A stretch of DNA of 34,206 bases from Nemertoderma westbladi (lineage: Eukaryota; Animalia; Xenacoelomorpha). Each line of letters starts with the position of its first letter. Position 1 is the first letter of the stretch. Both the position numbers and the translations under genes were made by a program. Location of the stretch: NCBI GenBank assembly GCA_032718475.1, contig JAUCBJ010004905.1, positions 1 to 34,206 on the forward strand, given 5' to 3'. Below are positions 1-11,599 of the stretch, one piece after another. The notes beneath the pieces are model-generated. The model did no database searches and was not told the origin of the DNA. It saw nothing but the letters and a program-made list of their open reading frames with translations.

Positions 1-1
1 G

Positions 2-852
2 AAATCCTGCAAGTACCTAACTGATCTAGACTTTGCTGATGACTTAGGAGTACTCTCAGAATCATTAGAGGGAGCCCAGCGGCTCCTCAGCTCATTAGAA
101 CATGCTGCTTCTAGTGTTGGTCTTTTTATTAACTCCAGAAAGACCAAAATTCTGACAGTTAACTTTGAAAGTCCTCAGCAAGTCTCTGATCGGATGAGCA
201 TAAGCTCAAAGGATGGTATGCTTGAGCATGTGGACGACTTCTGTTACCTGGGATCATGGATCCGGAAGTCAGGTGAGGACCTTCGAATACGTAAGGGAAA
301 GGCATGGGCAGCCTTGAATAGGCTTTCCAGGATTTGGAAGTCACCTAGAATTAATCGGAAACTTAAGGTCCGATTATTTAGAGCAGCAGTAGTTCCAGTA
401 CTCCTCTACGGGAGTCCATGCTGGGCTCTAACTGCTGAGGACACCAAATCTCTGGATGGCACATTCACAAGAATGCTACGCCGGGTACATTGTGTCAAGT
501 ACAATGCACACATCTCCAACCAGACACTATATAACATTGGAGGTGTCTCATTGGTTCCCCCAAGCTTGACACTAGAACAAAATCGCCTCCGCTTTGCAGG
601 ACATTGCTTTCGCCGTGAGGACCAGCCAGTGCATAATCTTGTACTTTGGCAGCCTCATGGAGTGAATAAGCATGGTGGACAGCCCATGACTTTCTTGGGA
701 CGCATCTTAAAGGACACTGGCCTTAAAGATGCGGATGATCTAGCAAATGTCATGGGTAATAGGGAGTTGTGGCGGTGCAATTTTGTTGACAAGCCGGCAC
801 AGCATTCTTAAAAATGCAGCTGCAATGCAGCATGCCGATTCTAGTAGTATAG
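2..852 (+). mobile_element. 3' part of an RTE-clade non-LTR retrotransposon (RT C-terminal half); runs off the left edge of the window
   Basis: The frame is open from nt 2 to the stop at 811, extending upstream of the listed ATG at 194. It reads KYLTDLDFADDLGVL (RT catalytic FADD), GLFINSRKTK, VDDFCYLGS, LLYGSPCW and RLRFAGH, all typical of RTE-clade ORF2. A very short 3' UTR ends in tagtagtatag. Confidence 0.9.
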
Positions 853-1127
853 ATTCATAAATGACCGCACATGTTGTTTGTTTCTAAGTTATCGCCTGTG
901 TTATGGAACTAAACTAAATTATTGCCAGTCATAACTAAACTTAACTATCATAACGGAAACACTGTAGCTGGTTGTAAATTCGCCTGGGGAGTATTTTTCG
1001 AATGGCAATTACACAAAATTATTAATGATACCGATGGATGTACTGTATCTATCGTAAGTCTTGGTCATAAGACGGATTTATTGAAGACAATCAATCATCC
1101 ATATTATTATTACATACTCAAATCACA

Positions 1128-1740
1128 TTTGGCCCTCTAGCGGCAGACTGGAGAACTGCAGATGGATTCGCCTCCTTTGAAAGTCACAGCTAATGGTCTA
1201 ATACATATCTGCCAAGTTTCAGCTTAAACGGATTAAAAGCAAAGAAATGGGAGGGCATTTAATGTTTAGACATGTGGCCCTCTAGCGGGAGACCATTGCA
1301 CTGATGGTGTCTGAAAGTCTCTCAAAAATCTCAACTTTAGCTCATATTGATACCTACAAATTTTCAACTTGGCAGCTTTAAATCCGACAAAGTTATTAGC
1401 ATGTCAAAATCGTAACGACGACAACGATTTCACTTTCAGACCTTTGGCCCTCTAGCGGCAGACTGGAGAACTGCAGTTGGATTCGCCTCCTTTGAAAGTC
1501 ACAGCTAATGGTCTAATACATATCTGCCAAGTTTCAGCTTAAACGGATTAAAAGCAAAGAAATGGGAGGGCATTTAATGTTTAGACATGTGGCCCTCTAG
1601 CGGGAGACCATTGCACTGATGGTGTCTGAAAGTCTCTCAAAAATCTCAACTTTTGCTCATATTGATACCTACAAATTTTCAACTTGGCAGCTTTAAATCC
1701 GACAAAGTTATTAGCATGTCAAAATCGTAACGACGACGAC
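1128..1740 (+). repeat. Two near-identical tandem copies of a 315-bp unit, each made of two related subunits starting tggccctctagcgg
   Basis: tttggccctctagcggcagactggagaactgcag occurs at 1128 and 1443. The second subunit tggccctctagcgggagacc occurs at 1275 and 1590. Confidence 0.95.
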
Positions 1741-1787
1741 GATGACGACGACAACGACGACGACGACGACAACGACGACGACGACAA
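1729..1787 (+). repeat. (GAC/AAC)n microsatellite closing the 315-bp array
   Basis: acgacgacgacgatgacgacgacaacgacgac... seen directly. Confidence 0.95.
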
Positions 1788-1884
1788 CTATTTGCATAAA
1801 TTGACCCACCCCCTAACAGTGTCAATTCGCTAAGGCTCCGCCAACTTCGTGGCTCGCCCCACCGCCAAATTAGTGGCTCGCCCC

Positions 1885-3240
1885 ACAGCCTACCCCGCTT
1901 GCATTAAAGATAATACTGAGGTCATCGACGTAGATATTATAGAATATCGGAGAAATAATTCTCCCCTGTCCAGTGCCATTGGTTACATGGAATGAGGTAG
2001 AGAGCACACCGTCCCAGCATACCTGCAGTAATTGAGTAACAGAACTCAGAATAGGTACCAGAACTTAATCAGACAAACTATATAAACAGGTACACCACGG
2101 TTAAGTAGTTTGTTGAAAAGGTAATAATGGTTAACGCGGTCGAATGCCTTGGAGGCATCGAGCATACAGACATAGACACACGAGTTGTGGGCCAGATAAT
2201 AATTTACAATCTCCTTTAATGTGTACAGACACATTTCGGTACCTGACTTTGGTTTAAAGTCGAATTGATTATTCGCGGTGGCAAGACACTCTATGCATCG
2301 AACCAAAATAACCTTTTCAACAAGCTTGCTGAATATAGTAGAAAGGGCAATGCCCCGATAATTATCCTTACTGGTAAGGTCACCGGTTCTGTCCTTAACT
2401 AATGGTATAAGAGTTGACTCCATCATTGCTGACGGCAAATAACTGTGAATGAATACGGCATTAACTAAAATGCAGATTGCACATACTAGATTATAGCCGA
2501 AGCCATATAAGAAATGTTCAGCAGACAGTCCATCAGGGCCAGTGGCCTTACCAGTAGGAAGGCTGTTTATAGCATCAACAACTTCCTTAAAAGATACCGA
2601 AGAGAAACCAAACTTAGAAAAGTCACCTAAACGGCTATCAACTGATGCACTGCCGGTATCATCAGCCACACAGTTATGTAACTCTTTGAAATGATTCATC
2701 CAAATATTGCTAATATCAGTAGAGCCACAGCAACCGCCTACCTTATTAGGAAGGGGCGTTTTAGTGTCCTTGTTGCTACGGATTTGAGACCAAAAGTCTT
2801 TGGTTGAAGAGTCAGAAATCAAACTTTCAGCAATTTTTTCATTCCGAATAATAGATTCGTTTTTCTTGCATTGTCGCAGAGCAAGTTTAAAGCGAGCTTT
2901 GCAACATGCGTACTCATCAAGAATACGTCCCTGCCGAGGGGCCCCACAGTTGCGCCACAGGGTAAAGGCTGACCTAGATTGATTATATTTATCTTTCACA
3001 TGGTCATTCCAACCAGGAATGTGTTTGTGCCCATGGGATGAATCATTTTTATTATTTTGTTTAATAAATGTTTCACTGGATTGAAGAAGAACTTTAACAA
3101 TTTGCTGATAAAGATCATCAATGTCCGACTGATGAGACTGGCAGGACGGCTCTTTACAGTTAAATAGATTATTATTATTAATAACAGCACCAAGTAACTC
3201 ATTTACTCTGCCTGCATAACCATTAATATCGTATCGATAA
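1885..3240 (-). pseudogene. Fragment of an RTEX-like LINE ORF2 (RT domains 0-4), frameshifted and truncated at both ends
   Basis: Motifs HIPGWNDHV..SRSAFTLWRNCGAPRQG, TGPDGL, DNYRGIAL and LDASKAFDRVNH. After a frameshift near 2040 it continues QVCWDGVLSTSFHVTNGTGQGRIISPIFYNIYVDDL..SGVGC and stops at about 1885, before the YADD motif. Confidence 0.85.
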
Positions 3241-3254
3241 TACTATTTTAAAAC

Positions 3255-3433
3255 GGCAGTGATTTTTTATGTCCTTTTATTTGACTTTTTTGTCCTCCTT
3301 TTTTAACGAATTGTGCATAATGACTTTTGTTGTCCCTTTAATGACTTTTGTTGTCCTTTAATGAGTTTTTATGTATGTATTTCTTCAAACTGTCAGGGTG
3401 CTGATTTCTGGACTGTCAGACAGTTGGTTTCTA
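3255..3433 (+). repeat. Dispersed repeat or possible left TIR; inverted copy at about 22675-22851
   Basis: ggcagtgattttttatgtccttttatttgac...ctggactgtcagacagttg is the reverse complement, at high identity, of 22675-22851, which ends aaatcactgcc. Confidence 0.85.
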
Positions 3434-4076
3434 CTAGTTTGTAACACGTTGGTCTTTCGAGGTGAAAATTTCAGAATATGTTTGGAAAAATAACCTCCTC
3501 ACTTGGTAGAAAGATTATTACGATCGAACCATCGAACTCTGATATTTTGACATCTAACCATATTTATTTTTAAAATTCTCAAAAAACGGCGTTTTTTAAA
3601 CAAAAAATGTTAAATTACTCAATTTAATTTAAGTTTTTCCAAAACATTTTTCTACCAACTGACCAGGGTACATTTACAAACCGATCTGGAAAGTTTCATC
3701 CACTTTGGTGGAAAAATAGCGGAGCCTTAGCCTTTAGAAGTTAAAAAACATGAAACTGAGAAAAACAACAACAAAATTGTATATAAAACTTAATAATTTA
3801 TAAAGACCGATCGATTATATTTCAAAGCGTTTGTGTTGTATATGCATAAGTGTCAATTTCAAAGTTTTAGATTTTCCCTTTTGACTTATTTCATTGCAAG
3901 CACCCAGTATTTGAGTGCTGGAATGCTACATTTTAAGCTATATCAATGTTCAATAACAAGTCTGTCCGTCTGTCTGTACTGGCCTCCAAATCTGCACTTT
4001 TACTCCGCCTTCCCCCACCACGCTGCCCTTCTTTTTTCCTCTTTGTTGGCCTTGGAATTATTGCATTATAGAAATA

Positions 4077-4258
4077 TAGCAGTAGTACCAGTATACAGTA
4101 GTTTAGACTATTATCAAATCTATACATATATATAAGTACTACTGATATAGACCTATCTGCATATAAGACACAATTGTAGCAGTATACTGTAGTTTAGACA
4201 ATTATCAAATATATACTTTACATAAATACTATACTGATATAGGCCTATCTGCATATAA
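4077..4258 (+). repeat. Degenerate two-copy tandem duplication, about 100 bp unit
   Basis: gtagtttagac.attatcaaat.tatac...tactgatatag.cctatctgcatataa occurs twice. Confidence 0.75.
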
Positions 4259-4295
4259 TGCAGAATAGGTAATTTAACTACGCAATAATTTTTAT

Positions 4296-5348
4296 GAGTA
4301 TAACTTTTCGCCGTATCCGTATCCGTATGCATTTGCCGTATCCGTTTGCACATACGCGTATGTGCGTATGTAATGGATTCCTATGGAGAATAATCCGTAT
4401 GTGATTTTAAAGATTAGGCATTGCGGACCAGTAAGAAGTGCACAACACGCATGCAGACTGAAGACAGGTAGGCTTACTTAAAGCTAAGTGATTTAAAGAG
4501 TGTGGCTGCCGCAACCTTATGTCAATTAAACAATGCAGGACAGGTCCAGGATGATTGACAGATGATGTCCTTCAGCCCCGGCTGCCCGGGATGCGCCACA
4601 GCGCTTGTTTTATTGTACTAACTCACACCTGGCCGCCCGGTTGGACTTAGATTAATTACTGGCACTCGTGTTGGACTCGCTGACACGTGGTTTGACTAAG
4701 TATGGCACTAGTTGGACTTGTTGGCACTTGCCCGCATATGGTTAACTATATAATGGCCCCGAAACAGCGAAAGTAAAGGTATATTATATGTTAATAAATT
4801 CACAAAGTAGGACAGACTGGCACGCCGGTTTTCAATATCTGTGCGAATGTTTATTCCCTTAGCATTCTCATTGCTGCCTCTATCATCTATACTATACTAC
4901 TGTATGTTAGTGCCATATACTGTAGCAACCAACAACATTCTATAGCCAGTTTGGTGGAAAAACAGTTCAAAAATAAATCACGGTTGGTTAGTTTTCCAAG
5001 CGGCGTCAAGTAGAGTTAACTGGTTAATAGGTACTGCACTGCTGGCGCATCCCGGGGCTGGCGGACACCGGCTGTCACTCATCCTGGACCTGTCCTGCAT
5101 TGTTCTGTTGTTTATTTGACATAAGGTTAGCGGCAGCCACACTCTTTAAATCACTTAGCTTTAAGTAGGCCTACCTGTCTTCAGTCTGCATGTGTGCTGT
5201 GCACTTCTTACTGTTCCGCAATGCCTAATCTCTAAAATCACATTCGGATTATTCTCCATAGGAATCCATTACTGCATTACATACGCACATACGCGTATGT
5301 ACATATGGATACGGCGAATGCATACGGATAAGGCGAAAAGTTATACCC
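4296..5348. mobile_element. MITE / foldback-like non-autonomous DNA transposon, about 1.05 kb with about 310-bp terminal inverted repeats
   Basis: The left arm g(a)gtataacttttcgccgtatccgtat...cgggatgcgcca (4296-about 4605) is the reverse complement of the right arm tggcgcatcccg...ggcgaaaagttataccc (about 5036-5348). No clean TSD found and no coding capacity. Confidence 0.8.
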
Positions 5349-5382
5349 AATTTCATTGTCCGTTTAAATCACTCATGATATC

Positions 5383-5590
5383 CTTTTTTTTACTTTTTAC
5401 GTCCTCCAGAAATTTACCGTTAGGTTAACCATGCTACCATGCTACCGGTTTCTCTACTGCTGTTCTCTCAGGCTCAGTACCGGTATTAGTTTTTTTTTAC
5501 TTTTTATGTCCTCCAGAAATTTACCGTTAGGTTCCATGCTACCGGTTTCTCTACTGCTGTTCTCTCAGGCTATCAGTACCGGTATATTAG
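5383..5590 (+). repeat. Two-copy tandem duplication, about 107 bp unit
   Basis: ttttttttacttttta.gtcctccagaaatttaccgttaggtt...ctctcaggct...cagtaccggtat occurs twice. Confidence 0.9.
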
Positions 5591-5750
5591 TATATAGAGC
5601 ACTATTTTGCAGTATTGCTGTATTGTACAGTTGTATGTACAGATATAGGTATAAAGCAGGTATTTTAGTACCGGCACCGGTACTGCTGTAGGCCTACTGT
5701 GTAGCCTACCATTTAAATACGGTAATATGGTAGGCCTACCGGTTGACCGG

Positions 5751-6022
5751 TTGTTTTGGTTAGAAAATCCCGCCTCTGAAACCTGCTCCTTTCCCTGATT
5801 TGGTAAAGTGACCGTTTATTGTTTTGGTTAGAAAGGCCCGCCTCTGTAACCTGCTCCTTTCCTTCATTTTGTAAAGTGACTGTTTATTGTTTTGGTTAGA
5901 AAATCCCGCCTCTGTAACCTGCCCCTTTCCCTTAATTATAGTTAAATGATCGTTTATTGTTTTGGTTAAAAATCCCGCCTCTGTAACCTGCTCCTTTCCC
6001 TCAATTAGATAAGTGATCGTTT
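5751..6022 (+). repeat. 68-70-bp tandem array, left half (4 units), interrupted by the LTR element
   Basis: Unit ttgttttggttagaaaatcccgcctctgtaacctgctcctttcc...aaagtgaccgttta starts at 5751, 5819, 5887 and 5957. Confidence 0.95.
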
Positions 6023-7102
6023 TGTAAAAGCTTTTGCGGACTTATCTAGTCATTTTCACGCAATGCGCAGAATACTCTAAAATAACCCTAAAATTGTTCA
6101 ACTACGTGCTGACGAAATCTGTCAGCTGATTCTTTGTATATGTGGAACTCTTTGTCCTGGCTTGTTGGGCCAATCAGAGCAATCTTCTCTGTTATACTAA
6201 CGGAGACCTACCTGAGAACTAGCGCAATGCATTATGGTTATTATTTTTCTGAGAATTAGATTCAGCTCAGAATTCTGTGCTTCTGTACAGAAGTTTCAGA
6301 CTTTAGCCCAAGGAACATCTGATGGCTTTAGTTATAAGAATGTAAATCTATTAACTACCTGCTGGTCATACACTTATTTCATATGACTCTCAATTCGTAC
6401 GACTGGAACTGGACTTGTAACACATATTGACTGTTCACCGCACTGTTTTACTTCTGTTTTATATTGTATTAATTGTTGTTTATATTAGTGGATGTTATAT
6501 TTGGAGAATACCGATAAATAATCATAATCCCCTCAATCTTATTGATTACTGAGGTAAGTGGAGAAAGAGTCTACCGGTAGCAACTGCGACTTAAATTATA
6601 GTGGTTTTGTGTGAATTAAATGCTATTTCATAATCCCTATGTGTGTCAGTTACAATCCTCCTTTTATATATGATCAAATTCAGTGACTGTCGGCAAATTA
6701 GTGTGAAGTCGTGTGAAGGTTAATAAAGCATCTCCTAAAGAATGCGCTATTTACGAAACTTTGTGGCCATCTAGTTGTGATTAGTATAAGTCATAACTCT
6801 GTTTTTATACTTAAAGCGCCACGTCCTAAAGGAACTGTTAATATTTCCCCGAAAGTAAATATAGTTGTCAGAGATTATATAGTAGCGATCAATCGAATAA
6901 TACAAAGTAGCTTACACCGCAATACTTCCTAAGGAACCCGAATCCAGTCTCCCTCACCGTGGGTCATACGCCGCGCACGGACTGGCTTCGGCAGATATAA
7001 CTTCAGTACACCAGGTAATTGGTAAGGGCTAAAGTCGATTCATAAACAAAAGGACAATTAAAATTGGCAGGTTAAACTGCTAAAGGTCTGAAAGCGCGAA
7101 CA
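6023..7102 (+). repeat. 5' LTR (1080 bp)
   Basis: Starts tgtaaaagcttttgcgga and ends aaagcgcgaaca. It matches 21129-22248 with about 23 substitutions and 3 indels (manual count). Confidence 0.97.
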
Positions 7103-7116
7103 TTAATAGATTTACG
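7103..7116 (+). promoter_or_regulatory. Non-tRNA primer-binding site complementary to an LTR-internal sequence (self-priming type)
   Basis: ttaatagatttacg is the reverse complement of cgtaaatctattaa (3' LTR 21469-21482, 14/14) and of tgtaaatctattaa (5' LTR 6341-6354, 13/14 plus a G-U pair). It does not start with TGG as a tRNA PBS would. Confidence 0.7.
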
Positions 7117-8935
7117 ACTCTTTATTGCGCAGTAGGCAATAAATAGATTTTGTCTAATGTTCTGGTAGAACATTAATATATTTCATTCTTTATTGCTCAG
7201 TAGGCAATAAACCCAAAACGTACCGGTAGGGCGGTAAACTGTAGGCCTGATCCGAACCGGTACTTACAGGTACAACAGTATTATTTGATTGTGATATATT
7301 GTATATTAGTAGGCTGTTTAAGAGAGTAGGGACTGTACACCCCTTATTTCTTTTAGAGCTTACTTATTTCTGTCAGTTTTATTTATCTGTAAGTGTAATA
7401 TTGAGCAGAAGGCGTGTAAGCCTGCTCAGATTGTGTAAATAATTTGTAGGCCGGATTGTTGTCTAACTATTGTTAGGTCTGAGGCGATTGCAGTGTATGT
7501 AGAGTGTCTGTCCGATAAAGTGCTAGTTAGGAAGGTAGAGGCATCGAGTGCTGTAAGGTAAATCCTCCACGAAAGAATAAGTCGTACTACGTAGTTAGAA
7601 CGCCTACTAACTAACCATTTCGGAGTTTGCATATACTGTAGTTTATTTAGGCTTGACAGTAGTCTGCCAACATTTGGTCTGTATTTTGTTTGAATAGTCT
7701 GTACGGGTAGCCTAATATTTATAATTCAGAGTCAATGCAAGTATTCGCAACCTTCAACTCCCCAAGTTAATTCCTTACAGTAATTGTGCTTGTTATGCAT
7801 ACCGTTATAGGTAAATTAACCCTGGTACTACATCAGGGCTGCTTGGCGTAGGTAAAGACTGGTGATTTTGTGCTCCGGTCACTCCAGCAGATACCGTGGT
7901 TCTTTTGGCTGTTCACGTATATTTAACTGCTAGTTATTTGTTGTATAAGTACTTGTACCTAATTTAGGGTTTAGAGTACAGTGCTTTCCTGAAAGTAATA
8001 TAGTGTGTAGGCAGTATACTTGTGTTGTAATGTGGTTAATAGGTCCGTTAGCTCTGGTTGGCTTCGATAATTAACCTCTAGGTATAGGACACTCCGGGTA
8101 CATAACGTAGTACTTATAGTTTAAGACTATAAGTCGTCAGACGGTGGTATTTCCTTATCTGGACAATGCAACTTACTTACTACTACTTTATTGGTTTAAA
8201 ATACTGTAATTTCCTGTCAGTTTGTAAGAACCAGAAATTCTAACTCACTGTTAGTCTGGTTTGTAGATTTCTTGATAAATTACCCTAAAAAATTGTACGT
8301 GTAACTTGTTTACTGTTTATTTAGAGATTGTGTAATCTCAACCCGATTCGTAAGTAATTTGTAGTAATAAGTAACTTAGTTAAGTAGAATTATCAGTATT
8401 AGTGTCTAACAAGTAGCGCTCCACTGAGAGCGTTCAGCTTCTGTGTAGTGACTTCTTATCCAGAAATAATAACATTTATTTCAAATATTGTCAAAACCCA
8501 TTACGGGTATATATATATATTTATAAATTAATTCAATCAGATTTATAAATTAGTAGGCCTGTTATACATCATTTAGGTCTTAATATCAGTTGAACTACTG
8601 CTTAAATATCAGTAATAAAGTAAAAGGGAAGTAATCCCTAAAATTCAGAAAATCAGTTACTATTAAATAATTGACATTACCGGTATTTACGATAAGCTTA
8701 TTATATTTATATAAATTAGGTTAAACTTATATACTGGTATTCTGTGACTGATCCTAGTCTGTAATAATACTTATATATATACTATAAGTGTATACCGGTA
8801 TTTTAATATTAAATATATACCACGTTACACTGAGTAGCGATATCGGTAACTACTAGGTTGACAGTTGATACTGATTTTCCCTAGACTTGCTTCAACTGTC
8901 ATTATAGTAGTAGGCATTCAACTGTAAAATAAATT

Positions 8936-11350
8936 ATGTCTGATACAAAACAAACACTGTCAGATAGTCTCCTGGAAAGAACGATCTGTGACACAGATCA
9001 AAGTATAGAACATCTCAGACCGAAGTCTAAGTCCCCTCCTACTGTAAGAAAGGTTATCCCTACAGTAGTGGTATCGGACCCTAGGCTAGTAAAGCACCAT
9101 AGGTCTATTATAGGCACTAGGGCTCAAGTTAAGCGAGACCAAGAGATGGCTGCCAAACAACAACAGTACCCGAACCGAGAACTTATTTCCCAACTGCGTA
9201 GCAACTCTAGTTCCAACACTGAAGGGTTAACGCCCGAGATCGGAGCAAGGATGGAAGAAGCGGTTTATCCAGACCCACTTCTAATTCTTCCTGGGGCCGT
9301 ACTCACTAGAGTACTTATAGCTGTGGAGGAACATCAAGCGGATTGGATGAGAAATAAGAGATCGACCAGGGACAGTTATGCAGGATACCCGATGGAAGAA
9401 CTAAGGTCTATTGCAGAGACTCAATGGAACTTCCCCGGATCCGGAATCCCGTTTAACTTATCGGAAGCTGCCTGGGAAGACTTATACCGAATGGGGGTAG
9501 TAAGGATCACCCAAGATCCCGCTGTATGGAAGAGGTCAGCAGCAGGATATGTCCAGGGATTCTTCAACTCCTTGGAACGACTAGAAGAACATTTATTCCA
9601 ACAACCACAAGGACCTCAAGAGCAGGGAGAGCTGCTTTATCAAGTGAGAGAACGTATCTTGCAGATCAGATTAGTCCTTTCAGCCTTTGAGGAAGCCTCG
9701 AAGAGAAGCCAAGACACGTCGTTGCAAGTGGCTGTAAAGACTTGGTTCCAACGAGTGAATGTTAAGGTCCAGGGAACGACACAATGGAGGGTTCAGCTAA
9801 CTGAACACATAACCCACGGAGAATCAACAGATGCCACCTTTTCTCATGTGGAAGGCGAAGCGATATCCGAAAAACCTCAGAAGAAGGATGCTATTGACAT
9901 CTATCTGTCGGATTATCAACGATTTATAGGTGACAAAGATATAGGTTACCTAATTTACCTCCTGCGGTGAGAAGGGAACTAGCCAATGTAGACTTAAGTA
10001 ATCAAGGACCGACAGACCAAATTATGAGAGTAGAAAGACTCCCTACTATAGTAGATGAGCCCGAAATAATTAGGCCTGTTAACGAAGCCACTCCTTTGAT
10101 AGAGACCCCTTTACTTCCAGAACCTAACTCTAAATTCCCTTTGCACAGTACTAAACTACCTGTGCCCAGTAGACAACTGCCGGAATCCCAAACAGATCTG
10201 ATAATAATCCAAGAAATTTATATACCGATAATTCGATATTAAATAATACGATGGCTCAAGAAAGTTTTACACGTCAAATGGCTAGAACTGAAGCCCGTCA
10301 AGCGGTAAAAGTGGGAGAGGTCGTCAAGTTCAATGGAGATGAGATGAAATGGTTACCTTTTAATGAATATTATAAAGATAACATACAGAACTCCGTACTA
10401 TCCAACGGAGAGAAACTAAGATTCCTCATCGAGTGCTTGGAAGGACCTCCCAAGTTAATGGCGTTAAGGTTTATTGGACATCCGGACGGATTGAGACAAG
10501 TTTGGGATACACTAAACATCAGGTATGGTAACAGGACTAACATAGCTAGGTATCTGTATGCGAAATTAGTGGCGCCCCGAAAGTTTCTTAGCAGCGGGAT
10601 TATAGAGTTTTCCGATAAGATTCAGGATCCGATAGGATTCATTCTGTAGACAGCTAGACTGGTTAGGTAAGTCCCAGGAATACCAGAGTTCTATGGTTGT
10701 TGAGCCGTAGCCTCAACTTTGCCAAAGGGTTTAGTAGGTACTCGCTGGGACAAAAAGGTTCTCTATTTGATGGACCAACAACATAGAGACCCTACCATGG
10801 CTGATCTCATGTCGTTTTTAAACGGAGAGGTAAGATTACAGCTCTTAAAACAGTCTAGAGAGAAGACACCGGAAAGTAAGGTAAGTGAAAAACCCATTAC
10901 TAGGAGAAAGGTAACACCAGTGTGTTATACAGATGATGGCGAAAGCCAAACGTCATATGACGAGAACAGCGGCAAGGACACCGAAAGATCTTATTATGTC
11001 AACAACTATTAGGAAAGACGTAAGTAAATCTAAGTCTCGAACCAGTGACAGGAGAGAACAGGTAACAACTCCCCCTACATCTCCTAAGAGAATTCATGGA
11101 AGGAAGCCTGAAGAAAGAGCTAGCATACACAACACGATGCAGGTTAAGGCAAGTAACATCAAACCTAAGTGTGTATTGTGCGACGGGCCACATCGCTTGA
11201 GTGGGTGTGATGAATTCTTAAAGAAAACGCTGAAGGATAGACGTGATGTCATGTGGGATAAACGGTTGGGCTATAATTGCCTACAAAGAACCTGTTACTC
11301 GGACGCGAGGTGCGCTAAGTGCGGCGCGAAACATCATATTCTGCTGCACA
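8936..11350 (+). pseudogene. gag: Bel/Pao gag region, broken by stops and frameshifts
   Basis: DUF1759-like FNGDEMKWLPF..LSNGEKLRFLIECLEG..WDTLNIRYG (10251-10649). Bel/Pao zinc knuckles CVLCDGPHRLSGC, a degenerate YNCL, and CAKCGAKHHILLH. Confidence 0.9.
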
Positions 11351-11599
11351 CCGAATTTGACAGGACACGTACGAGTCAGGTAAGTGAGCCCGAACTACAT
11401 GTCCTATTCAGTGATGTGAACGACACTGACCACAGTTCAGAGATGGAAGGATTTTACACGGATGAATTCTCAGATGAAAATGAATCCTGTTATATGATTA
11501 ACACAACTGTGTATCGAGCACTTACGTATGAGACCGAAACGGAGGGAGAAGAACCCCTACTGTCTATTCCAGATCGACAGCTCTCTGGTAAAGCGCCAA

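Noticed and set aside
1300-1322. ctgatgg...gaaa resembling a hammerhead ribozyme core
   Set aside because: The core is CUGAUGG rather than CUGANGA, and there is no room for stem II.
5751-6022. Regularly spaced repeats resembling a CRISPR array
   Set aside because: Whole units repeat with no unique spacers, there are no cas genes, and the context is eukaryotic.
922-7632. Short 60-100 aa ORFs scattered in repeats, and antisense ORFs over pol and the channel gene elsewhere
   Set aside because: They have low-complexity composition or are shadow frames, with no recognisable motifs; the LINE pieces at 2046-3202 are the exception.
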